From: an uncultured virus (IMG/VR IMGVR_UViG_3300020056_000010)
Taxonomy: Duplodnaviria; Heunggongvirae; Uroviricota; Caudoviricetes
Direction: 5' to 3' (one strand)
Virus record (IMG/VR): IMGVR_UViG_3300020056_000010
DNA: 64,000 nt
Shown: positions 26,426-35,475 of the stretch, one piece after another
Layout of the letters: each line of letters starts with the position of its first letter
How positions within the stretch are numbered: position 1 is the first letter of the stretch
Program-made: the position numbers and the translations under genes
Notes under the pieces: generated by a model
Told to the model about the DNA's origin: nothing
Database searches by the model: none
Seen by the model: only the letters and a program-made list of their open reading frames with translations

Positions 26426-28963
26426 GTGAACATGTCTAAATTCTATACATCAGTCGAACGCTTTATCAACGACATTCTAGTTCGTGGTTATGAAAACGGC
26501 AGACCATTCCAACGCAAAGTCAAATTCAAGCCAACATTATATGTTCGTGCTCGTGATAACGCCACTCACAAATCATTGATTGGTGATGTGCCTCTCGGTG
26601 CTACTCGTTTCAATAGCATGATCGAAGCTCGTGATTTCATTACTCAATACAAAGATGTACATGGTTTCGATATCTGTGGCACTATGAATTACGTCACTCA
26701 ATTTATTCAAGAAGAATATCCTGGCGAGATCAATTTTGACATGTCTAAGATCAACATCTGTTCTTTTGACATCGAGGTTGATATCTCGAATGGATATGCA
26801 GACATCAATACCGCTGACAAAGAAATCACTTCGATTGCATACAAATCTTCTAAGTCTAGTACATATCATCTTCTCGGTCGTAAAGATTTCGATAAGACAA
26901 AAACAATTACAGGTATCAATCCAGACGATATATCGTTTATGAAGTTTGATACCGAGGTGGCACTGCTTGAAAGATTTATTCAGATCTGGCAGATGGAATA
27001 TCCCGAAGTTGTTACAGGTTGGAACGTCGAGTACTTCGACATCCAATATATTGTCACTCGAATCATTCGACTTATGGGTGAAGAAAAGGCTAAGAAGCTT
27101 TCGCCTTGGGGTCGTATCTCACCACACTCAATCACCAAATTTGGTAAAGAACAGAAATCATATATCATATCTGGCCTGACCATCATTGACTATATGGATG
27201 CTTTCAAGAAGTTTGGTTACAAGTACGGTCCACAGGAATCTTATAAACTCGATCATATCGCCCATGTAGTACTCGGCGAGAAGAAATTGGACTACTCTGA
27301 ATATGGAAATCTTAACGCACTTTATGAACAAAATCCTCAGTTATATCTTGATTATAACCTTAAGGATACTCAGCTCATTCAAAGAATGGAAGACGAATCT
27401 GGACTTCTTTCGCTTGTACTTACTGTTGCTTATGGCGGTGGGGTTAACTTCAGCGATGCATTTGGTACAGTAGGAATTTGGGAAACAACAATATATCGCC
27501 GTTTGATGAAAGACAAAATTGTTCCACATCTTAAAGGTGGACCCGGCGAGCGAGCTGGTGAACTTGTCGGTGGTTATGTTAAAGATCCAAAAGTCGGCAT
27601 GCATCCTTGGGTTGTATCGTTTGATTTGAACTCTCTGTATCCACACCTGATGCTACAATATAATCTATCTCCTGAAACTTATGTCGAAGGCGAACGTGAA
27701 TATGTATCTCAAGAAATGGTACTCGACGGCTCATATCAAAACAAAACTGATTATGCAGTATGCGCAAACGGTGCATGTTTCCGTAAAGACAAACTCGGCA
27801 TCATTCCTGAGATCATTGATGAATATTATAATCGTCGTTCTGGTATCAAGAAAGAAATGCTTGCAGTAGAACAAGCTATTGAGAATGAAACCGATCCTGC
27901 TAAGAAACGGCAACTTCAATCTCAACAAACACAGCTTCATAACAACCAGATGGCTATAAAAATTGCTATGAACTCTCTTTATGGCGCAACTGCTAATATC
28001 TACTTCCTCTACTATATTAACGATATGGCTGAAGCTATTACGACATCCGGTCAGCTTTCAATTCGTTATGCTCAAAAGTCCGTGAACGAGTATCTTAACA
28101 AGATTCTCAAGACTGACGGTAAAGACTATATCATCTATATCGATACAGACAGTATCTATGTTGATTTTGGTCCTCTTGTTAAAGCTTCATTTGGTACTGT
28201 TGACATCGATCGTAAGAAAGGTGAAGAATTCCTCGATAAGATCTGTAAGATGAAGATCGAGGAAGTAATCGAAAATGGTTATAAAGATCTTGCTTCGAAA
28301 ATGGGTGCATATCGTCAAGCTATGGTAATGAAACGTGAAAAGATTACTGATAAGTCAGTATTCATTGCTAAGAAGCGTTACATCATGAATACTCTCAACT
28401 CAGAAGGTGTTCATTATGAAGTTCCAAAGATCTCTGTAACCGGCCTTGAATCTGTAAGATCATCGACACCGGAAGTCTGCCGTGATAAACTCAAAGAATC
28501 GTTCAAGGTTATCATGAATGAAGGCGAAGAAGCAATCCAGCAATTCATTGCTCAATTCAAATCTGAGTTCTTTAATCTTCCACCAGAAGATGTTGGTCGT
28601 AACTCAGGTACTGATAACATCGAGAAGTATACAGTTCGTGGTACTTACAAGAAAGGTTGCCCAATGCATGTTCGTGGTTGCATCCTCTACAATAAGTATC
28701 TCAAAGAAAATGGCCTGTCGAATCGTTATGAATCGATTACGTCAGGTGATAAGATTAAATTTGTATATCTCAAAGTACCGAATCCAATCAAAGAAAATAT
28801 CATATCGTTCCCAGCGGTTCTACCTAATGAATTCAATCTCAAACCGTATGTGGATTATGAAACTCAATTCAATAAAGTCTTCCTCAGTCCTCTTGAGTCT
28901 ATTCTTGAAGCTCTCGGATGGTCTGCTGAGAAGACAAACACAATAGAGGATTTTTTCGCATGA
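26426..28963 (+). CDS. gp43: DNA polymerase family B
   Basis: FDIEV exonuclease, [10 protein letters not shown]...NSLYG, YIDTDS. Confidence 0.97.
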   Translation: MNMSKFYTSVERFINDILVRGYENGRPFQRKVKFKPTLYVRARDNATHKSLIGDVPLGATRFNSMIEARDFITQYKDVHGFDICGTMNYVTQFIQEEYPGEINFDMSKINICSFDIEVDISNGYADINTADKEITSIAYKSSKSSTYHLLGRKDFDKTKTITGINPDDISFMKFDTEVALLERFIQIWQMEYPEVVTGWNVEYFDIQYIVTRIIRLMGEEKAKKLSPWGRISPHSITKFGKEQKSYIISGLTIIDYMDAFKKFGYKYGPQESYKLDHIAHVVLGEKKLDYSEYGNLNALYEQNPQLYLDYNLKDTQLIQRMEDESGLLSLVLTVAYGGGVNFSDAFGTVGIWETTIYRRLMKDKIVPHLKGGPGERAGELVGGYVKDPKVGMHPWVVSFDLNSLYPHLMLQYNLSPETYVEGEREYVSQEMVLDGSYQNKTDYAVCANGACFRKDKLGIIPEIIDEYYNRRSGIKKEMLAVEQAIENETDPAKKRQLQSQQTQLHNNQMAIKIAMNSLYGATANIYFLYYINDMAEAITTSGQLSIRYAQKSVNEYLNKILKTDGKDYIIYIDTDSIYVDFGPLVKASFGTVDIDRKKGEEFLDKICKMKIEEVIENGYKDLASKMGAYRQAMVMKREKITDKSVFIAKKRYIMNTLNSEGVHYEVPKISVTGLESVRSSTPEVCRDKLKESFKVIMNEGEEAIQQFIAQFKSEFFNLPPEDVGRNSGTDNIEKYTVRGTYKKGCPMHVRGCILYNKYLKENGLSNRYESITSGDKIKFVYLKVPNPIKENIISFPAVLPNEFNLKPYVDYETQFNKVFLSPLESILEALGWSAEKTNTIEDFFA

Positions 28964-29142
28964 CTCAAAAAAGACTTGCCCAACTTGAAGCCGCATGGCG
29001 TTATCAAAACACAGTTGTAGAAGCCTTGGAAGCTGAACGAGCACCTGACAAATACGTTACTAAAGCTAAAAAAGAACGTCTGCGTATTAAAGATATGATC
29101 GCACACTTAAAGGGAAATATAGAAAATGATGATAGCAAATAG
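28960..29142 (+). CDS. DUF465/YdcH-like small coiled-coil protein
   Basis: [10 protein letters not shown] motif. Confidence 0.65.
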   Translation: MTQKRLAQLEAAWRYQNTVVEALEAERAPDKYVTKAKKERLRIKDMIAHLKGNIENDDSK

Positions 29143-29383
29143 GGAAAAACTTGAAGTACTTACCATTACAATGGAAGAGTGTGCAGAAGTAATTAAAGAA
29201 TGCGCTAAAATACAGCGATATGGCATACAAGGGAATAAAGAAAAACTTGAAACAGAAATTGGAGATCTAGGATGTATGTTTGACATTCTAGCAGAATATG
29301 ATATAATCGACTTGGGTAAAGTTAAAGAAGCCGCTAAGAATAAACGTGAAAAACTTAAAAAATGGAGTGATTTAGATGTCTGA
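29126..29383 (+). CDS. MazG-like NTP pyrophosphohydrolase
   Basis: EECAE...K..R.G...E.EIGD. Confidence 0.75.
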   Translation: MMIANREKLEVLTITMEECAEVIKECAKIQRYGIQGNKEKLETEIGDLGCMFDILAEYDIIDLGKVKEAAKNKREKLKKWSDLDV

Positions 29384-29822
29384 TTGGGCAAATGATATTT
29401 ACATGATGCATAACAAATTTGGTGTGCGTGATTGGTTTGAAGCAAATAAAGATAACAAGGAACTAATGCGTAAGTATCTTATGTTCCGTGCTCTAATGTG
29501 TCAGGAGGAATTGAGTGAAACATTGGCTGCAATCAATAATGGAGATGCTGAAGAAATCGTTGACGGTCTTATTGATCTTTGTGTTTTTGCTATTGGCACT
29601 CTCGACGTATTTGGTGTTGATGCTAATGACGCTTGGGATCGTGTTTATAGTGCTAACATGGCAAAAAGTCCTGGAATTAAGCCGGGCCGCCCTAACCCGT
29701 TTGGGCTTCCAGATCTTTTAAAGCCAAGTGGATGGACACCACCAACTCATGATGGTAATCACGGCGAGTTTGAAAAAGCTCTAGATGTTTTACCTCAGCC
29801 AAAACCCGAAGGTGGCTGGTAA
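29376..29822 (+). CDS. All-alpha NTP pyrophosphohydrolase (MazG/PRA-PH-like)
   Basis: EELSE, EIVDGLID, V..ANMAK, LKP.GW.PP. Confidence 0.8.
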   Translation: MSDWANDIYMMHNKFGVRDWFEANKDNKELMRKYLMFRALMCQEELSETLAAINNGDAEEIVDGLIDLCVFAIGTLDVFGVDANDAWDRVYSANMAKSPGIKPGRPNPFGLPDLLKPSGWTPPTHDGNHGEFEKALDVLPQPKPEGGW

Positions 29823-29833
29823 CAAAATGTTTC

Positions 29834-29890
29834 ATGTTACCGTTATCATTTTTTGTTAGCGGTAACATTTATCAACCTTCTGTATAAATA
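29834..29890 (+). promoter_or_regulatory. Two LacI-family-like operators plus a late promoter
   Basis: ATGTTACCGTTATCAT, TTGTTAGCGGTAACAT, then TATAAATA. Confidence 0.55.
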
Positions 29891-29933
29891 CGGTTATATT
29901 GTTATGCTGTACTTGCAAAAAGGAGGTCCCACC

Positions 29934-30176
29934 ATGTGCAGTTCATTTGTACGTAAAGAAGCCAACCGAATGAATTGGATCGTTAAAGGTAAACTTATAG
30001 ATCCATCCTGGTCCGACAGAGACGTCGAAGCTACCTATAATTCATACATGAAGCGATTATGGGGAAACAACGAAAACTATGTTCATGAAATTGGATTTGA
30101 ACAAGCCTGGAAGGCTAGAGAAGCAGAACAATTATCAAAAGAGTTAGAATCAGTCGCTGTCCTAGGATACGATTGA
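29934..30176 (+). CDS. Hypothetical protein (start MCSSFV)
   Basis: AGGAGG RBS before 29934. Confidence 0.7.
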   Translation: MCSSFVRKEANRMNWIVKGKLIDPSWSDRDVEATYNSYMKRLWGNNENYVHEIGFEQAWKAREAEQLSKELESVAVLGYD

Positions 30177-30247
30177 TTTTTTTTTCAACTTTTTTATAAG
30201 CCATTGATTTCATTACAAACGTTTTTTCATTTTATTTGAAAAAGGGG

Positions 30248-30276
30248 TTGACATTGCCCTGCAAAAGTACTATATT
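30248..30276 (+). promoter_or_regulatory. sigma70-type early promoter
   Basis: GGGGTTGACA-17-TATATT with AAAGTAC and an A/T-tract UP element. Confidence 0.85.
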
Positions 30277-30307
30277 ATTAATATAAGGAAAAACAAAGGA
30301 AATCAAA

Positions 30308-30577
30308 ATGCTACTACCAAACGGTTCAATGATCAAAAACGACGTAATCGAATGCTTTAACGCGGCGGTTGCAGACGAATTCAATACACGTCCTGGTGTT
30401 GGTACAACTGACTTCTGGAACTTTGTTGAGTCTGACATGTATCAAGGTCTTCGTATGTTCTACAACTCAGAATACATCGACGAGTGCTTCGAAGTATTGG
30501 CTGACGAATTCGAAGGTAATCTAAACCTTGAGCGTATCGAAATCTTGAAAAAAGATTTTCTAGGTATGGAGGCGTAA
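30308..30577 (+). CDS. Hypothetical early protein
   Basis: AAGGA RBS after the promoter. Confidence 0.7.
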   Translation: MLLPNGSMIKNDVIECFNAAVADEFNTRPGVGTTDFWNFVESDMYQGLRMFYNSEYIDECFEVLADEFEGNLNLERIEILKKDFLGMEA

Positions 30578-30579
30578 TT

Positions 30580-30720
30580 ATGGAAAAGCTACTTACAGCT
30601 GAAGAATACGCCACATACGAAGATTACTGCAAGCCTCGTCGTGAACTTGGCTTGGGCGTCATTCCCCTCTCTCTTTTCAAAGCTTTAAAAGCAAATCCAA
30701 TTCCAGCATCGGAGAAGTAA
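30580..30720 (+). CDS. Small hypothetical early protein (46 aa)
   Basis: GGAGG RBS; MEKLLTAEEY... Confidence 0.6.
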   Translation: MEKLLTAEEYATYEDYCKPRRELGLGVIPLSLFKALKANPIPASEK

Positions 30721-30721
30721 T

Positions 30722-30928
30722 ATGAAATATGATGAAAGACATGGTGGTCCATTCGATCGTGGTTCTGCAGACAGCTACTATGGCCGTGGATTAAATCCTC
30801 ACTATTATAAAGGTGCAACATACAGTTCTGAACGTGTTGAACGCGATCAAATGACTGCTGAAGAAATAGAAGCATATTATGCTGGTTATGATGAGAACGA
30901 AGAATCCGGTAATAAAAAAGAGTGGTAG
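30722..30928 (+). CDS. Conserved hypothetical phage protein
   Basis: HGGPFDRGSADSYYGR...PHYY motif. Confidence 0.75.
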   Translation: MKYDERHGGPFDRGSADSYYGRGLNPHYYKGATYSSERVERDQMTAEEIEAYYAGYDENEESGNKKEW

Positions 30929-31030
30929 AATTTACGTAATCAATGGGCGTAAATTTGACTGTGTTTTAGATGCAATTGAGTATCGGGATCATCTCGATGC
31001 TCATTATATACGTGTAGAATGGCACGAATA

Positions 31031-31074
31031 TGTTACAAAAGTGTCATAAAACTTTTACGTAGCATTCATAAATA
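31031..31074 (+). promoter_or_regulatory. Pho-box-like repeats plus late promoter variant
   Basis: TGTTAC/TGTCAT/TTTTAC at 11-bp period, then CATAAATA. Confidence 0.6.
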
Positions 31075-31151
31075 TTGTAGGCAGAGGGTAAAGCTCTGCC
31101 TTTTTTATGTGAGCGACGGGGTAAATCCGTCAAACAAGAAGGAGAAGTTTA

Positions 31152-32117
31152 ATGGAACTACTCACATTATGGAGCCTTGTCGGCTTCCTGCTTGCTGCAT
31201 ATGCGGTTATAGCGAACGATTCAGTGCAAACTCTCGGCACGTGGATGGCATCTAACAATGAGAGATTTAACTATAAAGTACTATGGGCAGCGGCTTCTGC
31301 TGTTCTTCTAGCAACACTCTGGTACGGTTGGAGTGTTAATGGTGGCGACATTAGTTATGGTCGTTTGAATAAGATCCCGTGGCAAGAAGTACAATGGTAC
31401 CACGCCGCAGCACCAGCTATTCTTGTTGCTTTAACACGAATTGGTGTACCAGTTTCAACATCATTCTTAGTTCTATCAGTATTTGCTTCAACCTTTGTGT
31501 TGGAAAAAATGTTGATGAAATCTATTATGGGTTATGGCGTAGCAGCCTTATTTGCTTACTCAGTATGGTTTGCCATTAATAAGTTTGCTCATAAATGGTT
31601 TGATGAAACTCAACCAGTAAGTGAAGGCAATAAACGTTTTTGGCGGATTGCTCAGTGGGTTGCTACTGGCGGATTGTGGTGGACTTGGTTGTCACATGAC
31701 ATGGCAAACATTGCGGTATTCCTCCCGCGTCAAGTACCTGTAGATCTTATGATTTTGATCTCATTTGTATTTGTCGGTGGTTTGTTCTTTATGTTTAGAG
31801 AACGTGGTGGTAAGATCCAACAAATCGTTTTGGAAAAACATAACACAAGATATGTTCGTTCAGCTACGTTGATTGACTTATTCTATTGGTTGTGTTTATA
31901 CTTCTTTAAAGAGCTAAACGATATTCCTATGAGTACAACTTGGGTATTCGTTGGTTTGCTAGCAGGTCGTGAACTTGCGATGGCTACATACTTTGGTAAG
32001 AAGAAAACAAAATCTGTATTTCCTCTTGTAGCGAAAGACTTTGGAAAGATGATGGTAGGACTTGGAGCTTCAGTTGCTCTTGTACTAATGGTACATTACA
32101 TTATCAATCCAGTGTGA
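31152..32117 (+). CDS. PiT/PHO4-like inorganic phosphate transporter
   Basis: Multi-TM, with duplicated ANDS/HDMAN and PVSTS/PMSTT signature-like motifs. Confidence 0.65.
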   Translation: MELLTLWSLVGFLLAAYAVIANDSVQTLGTWMASNNERFNYKVLWAAASAVLLATLWYGWSVNGGDISYGRLNKIPWQEVQWYHAAAPAILVALTRIGVPVSTSFLVLSVFASTFVLEKMLMKSIMGYGVAALFAYSVWFAINKFAHKWFDETQPVSEGNKRFWRIAQWVATGGLWWTWLSHDMANIAVFLPRQVPVDLMILISFVFVGGLFFMFRERGGKIQQIVLEKHNTRYVRSATLIDLFYWLCLYFFKELNDIPMSTTWVFVGLLAGRELAMATYFGKKKTKSVFPLVAKDFGKMMVGLGASVALVLMVHYIINPV

Positions 32118-32152
32118 CATTTTTGTCAAGTAAAAAAATTTTACAGAAGGGG

Positions 32153-32181
32153 TTGACATTTAACTCCTTTTGTGTTATATA
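32153..32181 (+). promoter_or_regulatory. sigma70-type promoter of the tmRNA
   Basis: GGGGTTGACA-17-TATATA. Confidence 0.7.
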
Positions 32182-32185
32182 TAAG

Positions 32186-32586
32186 AAGTGGACGTTGAAA
32201 CAAAATAAAAACGGATCGGACCGCGGGGCAGTACCGCGCACCTCCACCATAAACACATGAGGATATAATGAATTGGGATTGGCACTGGATTAGTTGGTTT
32301 AAAGGAACACCTTTTCAATGGGGTGATTTTAGATTCAATAGTGGCAAGCCATATAAAAGTTATAGACTTGGACCATTACTTATTCGTGTGTTTATGTAAG
32401 CACATGTGTTTATGATGGGGGTGAACAAGGATCGACGGACGGAATAGTTGAGTGGAGTTCACCGTGTTGACCTACGTTATTCGGTCAAACAAACTAAATG
32501 CAAACGATAACTTTGCACCATCTGGTTACGCACTAGCTGCATAACACAGGGGGCTGGCCACTTGCCTAGCAACAGAAAAGTGGCAC
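32186..32586 (+). ncRNA. ssrA: Circularly permuted two-piece tmRNA
   Basis: Acceptor piece ends CACCTCCACCA (32239-32249). Coding piece starts GGGGGTG (32417), giving a G3.U70 pair. Tag ANDNFAPSGYALAA* at 32500-32544. Confidence 0.92.
32268..32399 (+). CDS. Trp-rich 43-aa ORF inside the tmRNA intervening segment
   Basis: GAGGA RBS; MNWDWHWISWFKGTPFQWGDFRFNSGKPYKSYRLGPLLIRVFM. Confidence 0.6.
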   Translation: MNWDWHWISWFKGTPFQWGDFRFNSGKPYKSYRLGPLLIRVFM

Positions 32587-32623
32587 ATAACACATTTAAT
32601 AAAAGTAATAAGAAAGGGACAGG

Positions 32624-33403
32624 ATGTTTAATAAACTACTAATTACAACAGCATTGGTCTGCGCAGCAGGCTCAGCAATGGCCGCAGACGTTGGCGGTGA
32701 AATTACAACTGAGATTGCAGAAAACGCAGCAGGCAACTGGGGTGCAACAACATCCTTCGACCTAGGTATCGCATCAATGGGTACAGCAGTACCTGCATTT
32801 GCTGCTATTGATTTGGACATGAACACAGACGGTGATATTACCCTTGATGAATGGCAAATTGGTACAGTAGTAAATGGAGATGCAATGATCTCATTCGGAG
32901 ATCAAGGTAATGTTTGGATCGATTCAGAAGACGGTTCAACATTGGCAGATCCAGCCATGAAAGAATCTATTGCAGTTAAAGCCCTTGGAGCAAAAATGGG
33001 TATTAGCTGGAAAGATATCGAAGCGGATGTAACAGAAATCGAAACAGTAGCCGGTATGTACGAAATGAATCTTGGTCTTGTTAATCTACAAGCCGCAGGT
33101 TCATACAACATGGTTACTGAAAACTTTGCGATTGGTTCTCGCAGTGATTATCTGTTGAACGACAATATTGGTCTTGGTGCTGCAATCACTTATGATTCAG
33201 GATCAGAAGATATTGGTTTTGAAGTAGATGCTGGCGCTTACGGTGCTACAGTATTCGTAAACGGCGATCAGGATGAAATGCTTCAAAACGTAGGTGGTTC
33301 TTACACTTACGGCTTCATCGGGCTTGAGCTCGAAGCAGGAGCGTCATACAACCTAGACAGCGAAGAATTGACACCTACTGCATCTGTTTCGTTCAGCTTC
33401 TAA
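32624..33403 (+). CDS. Outer-membrane porin-like beta-barrel (alphaproteobacterial type)
   Basis: AMA|A signal peptide, amphipathic strands, C-terminal SVSFSF. Confidence 0.75.
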   Translation: MFNKLLITTALVCAAGSAMAADVGGEITTEIAENAAGNWGATTSFDLGIASMGTAVPAFAAIDLDMNTDGDITLDEWQIGTVVNGDAMISFGDQGNVWIDSEDGSTLADPAMKESIAVKALGAKMGISWKDIEADVTEIETVAGMYEMNLGLVNLQAAGSYNMVTENFAIGSRSDYLLNDNIGLGAAITYDSGSEDIGFEVDAGAYGATVFVNGDQDEMLQNVGGSYTYGFIGLELEAGASYNLDSEELTPTASVSFSF

Positions 33404-33433
33404 GCTGAGATAAACTTGCAGAAAAAACTTAGT

Positions 33434-33457
33434 AGAGGGGCCTTTCGGGGCCCCTTT
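33434..33457 (+). terminator. Intrinsic terminator with UUCG loop
   Basis: AGGGGCCT-TTCG-GGGCCCCTTT. Confidence 0.8.
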
Positions 33458-33503
33458 GGTCATTATAAATAAAAATGAAAACTTTCATCAGCGGAGGCTT
33501 ATA

Positions 33504-34055
33504 ATGTCACTAAAATTGAAAGAGCTTACATGGGCTCACCACCAATCTGCTGAACGGCGTAAGTTCGCTAAACATCTTATTAGCGGCAAAATTGAGCCTA
33601 AACTCTATCACAAATTTTTATGTTGCCAGTACTTAAACTATGAAGCACTGGAATCTAAAGTAATCATTCCCCCAAATTTACAACCAATTAAAAGGTCCAA
33701 TCGCATTTGGACTGATATTCGTGAGCTTGAAAACGAATATGGATTAGAGCCAGATGGTAACTATCCGCCTTCTGTAGAGAAGTACACCAATCATATACAT
33801 GCACTTGCGGAGTGGGATGCTAACGACAGACTGTTGGCTCATATGTACGTAAGACATTTTGGTGAACTACATGGCGGGCAGATCATCAAAAAGAAAGTGC
33901 CTGGCTCAGGCAAGATGTATGAGTTTGAAGGAGATACTAAGATCCTTATTGAGGAATTCCGCAAACTCTTGCATGATGATATGGCAGATGAAGCTAAGAT
34001 CTGTTTTGACTTTGCATCAGAGTTATTTGATGAGTTGTCTGAAGAAATTAGTTGA
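33504..34055 (+). CDS. hemO: Heme oxygenase
   Basis: LKELT...HQSAE, AHMYVRHFGELHGGQII; late promoter at 33464-33471; GGAGG RBS. Confidence 0.88.
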   Translation: MSLKLKELTWAHHQSAERRKFAKHLISGKIEPKLYHKFLCCQYLNYEALESKVIIPPNLQPIKRSNRIWTDIRELENEYGLEPDGNYPPSVEKYTNHIHALAEWDANDRLLAHMYVRHFGELHGGQIIKKKVPGSGKMYEFEGDTKILIEEFRKLLHDDMADEAKICFDFASELFDELSEEIS

Positions 34056-34114
34056 CATTTACCCATATCTTGATATAATATAATTGTTAATAGCCAAACG
34101 TAGGAGGTATCCTT

Positions 34115-34285
34115 ATGCATAAAGAAGTTGCATTCGAAGAAGTAGCCACTAAACCACTTACACGTCAATTTCGAATGGGTAAGAGTGAATCTGCTAGAAA
34201 GCGACGAAGATCCTTGAAAGAGGTTCGTGAAACTAGGCTAATGAATACTTTTGCAAAAGCACGTAGAGCAAGAAAGCGTAAATAA
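34115..34285 (+). CDS. Small Arg/Lys-rich protein (56 aa, not in ORF track)
   Basis: AGGAGG RBS, sigma70 promoter upstream; MHKEVAFEE...RRARKRK. Confidence 0.65.
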   Translation: MHKEVAFEEVATKPLTRQFRMGKSESARKRRRSLKEVRETRLMNTFAKARRARKRK

Positions 34286-34461
34286 TGGAAACTTTAACTG
34301 TTCACGAAGATCCCCAATCCGGGGATCTTTACTTACAATTCACAGACGATCTTCTAGAAAAATTAGGATGGGAACCAGGTGACAGCCTTGCTTGGATTGA
34401 TAACGAGGACGGAACTTGGACACTAACAAAGCATGACACATCCACTATGGAAGAGACTTAA
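34285..34461 (+). CDS. AbrB/MazE-like DNA-binding protein (58 aa, not in ORF track)
   Basis: GDLYLQFTDDLLEKLGWEPGD.L.W....DG...L.K; TAATG coupling. Confidence 0.7.
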   Translation: METLTVHEDPQSGDLYLQFTDDLLEKLGWEPGDSLAWIDNEDGTWTLTKHDTSTMEET

Positions 34462-35119
34462 TCAGTACTCTGATTTTATATTTAATCAATTTGATGAGCA
34501 CTTCGAGCGCTGGGACAATCCTAGTTACACCGAAGATATGCACTTCAAAGGTTGGACCGATACCTTTTGGCATTCCGATGAAGTGTATAAAGCTCATCTA
34601 AAAACAATCATTCCTGAAGATGGCAAGGGCCTCTGGTTGATGCACGTTAACGTGTTCCCAGAGAGATACATTGAACTGCCTATCTTAGGATTTGATATTG
34701 TAGCGGGGCCAAGAAAGATCACCGGATCTTTTATGGACTATAGTCCTTTACATGGAGTTCCGCACCCTTACTTAGATTTTATGGCTCGAACAGTAGAAGG
34801 ATTGGAGTGGAACAAACAAAGAGAACTTCCACCTTGGGCGCAAGAAATATTTTCAGAAAACATGATCGCCGTTGGTAACATAAACACCGACGAAGAATTA
34901 GATCAGTTTATAGATGTAACTTCACAACTTCTAGAACACTATTTAGAAAACTTAGAAGCTAACGCGTTTGCGTCACATCGAGATACTTTACCAGCACTAA
35001 ACAAATACTGCAAGAACCAAAAAATGAATCCTCACTTGCACAGATCTATCGAAGCTATGGGCATATCAAAAGCCGATAAAAATCGATACGTCGACAATGT
35101 TTTATTTGAGGAAAGATAA
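34433..35119 (+). CDS. Ferredoxin-dependent bilin reductase (PcyX/PcyA-like)
   Basis: MHVNVFP, PILGFDIV, DYSP, RELP.WA.EIFS, YC.NQK.NPH. Confidence 0.85.
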   Translation: MTHPLWKRLNQYSDFIFNQFDEHFERWDNPSYTEDMHFKGWTDTFWHSDEVYKAHLKTIIPEDGKGLWLMHVNVFPERYIELPILGFDIVAGPRKITGSFMDYSPLHGVPHPYLDFMARTVEGLEWNKQRELPPWAQEIFSENMIAVGNINTDEELDQFIDVTSQLLEHYLENLEANAFASHRDTLPALNKYCKNQKMNPHLHRSIEAMGISKADKNRYVDNVLFEER

Positions 35120-35475
35120 TGGATTTATTCTTTGGACTGTTACTTAGTGCACACGTTGGTTTGGAAAATGAATACAATTGGATCCATCCTCATGTAGGAG
35201 CTTACTTAAATGAAGATCGTACTATAAGTGTCGGTACATACTTCAATAGTGAAAAGAAAATGAGTACATATGCTGCTTACACGTATGATTTTGGACCGCG
35301 GTTCTTTATGGAAGTTGGAGCAGTTACTGGATATACGGGTGCAGATGTAAAGCCAATGGTGAAGTTAAACTATAACAATTATTTCATTGCGCCCACCGTT
35401 GAAACGTTTCTACGAAACGGAGATATCGATAGACAAAACGCTGGGCTCATATTCGGATTAGAATGGAGACAATAA
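35119..35475 (+). CDS. Small beta-barrel outer-membrane-like protein
   Basis: N..HP..G, GTYFNS, GAVTGY, alternating strands. Confidence 0.55.
   Translation: MDLFFGLLLSAHVGLENEYNWIHPHVGAYLNEDRTISVGTYFNSEKKMSTYAAYTYDFGPRFFMEVGAVTGYTGADVKPMVKLNYNNYFIAPTVETFLRNGDIDRQNAGLIFGLEWRQ

Noticed and set aside
32268..32399. Darobactin/triceptide-like RiPP precursor (WDWHW)
   Set aside because: The Trp cluster is at the N-terminus with no leader, and the rSAM gene is about 28 kb away.
32800..32860. EF-hand-like DMNTDGDITLDE in the porin
   Set aside because: More simply a beta-turn in an acidic barrel protein; no flanking helices.
34115..34285. Ribosomal protein bS21 homologue
   Set aside because: Only compositional similarity (Arg/Lys-rich); the bS21 core motif is not recognisable.
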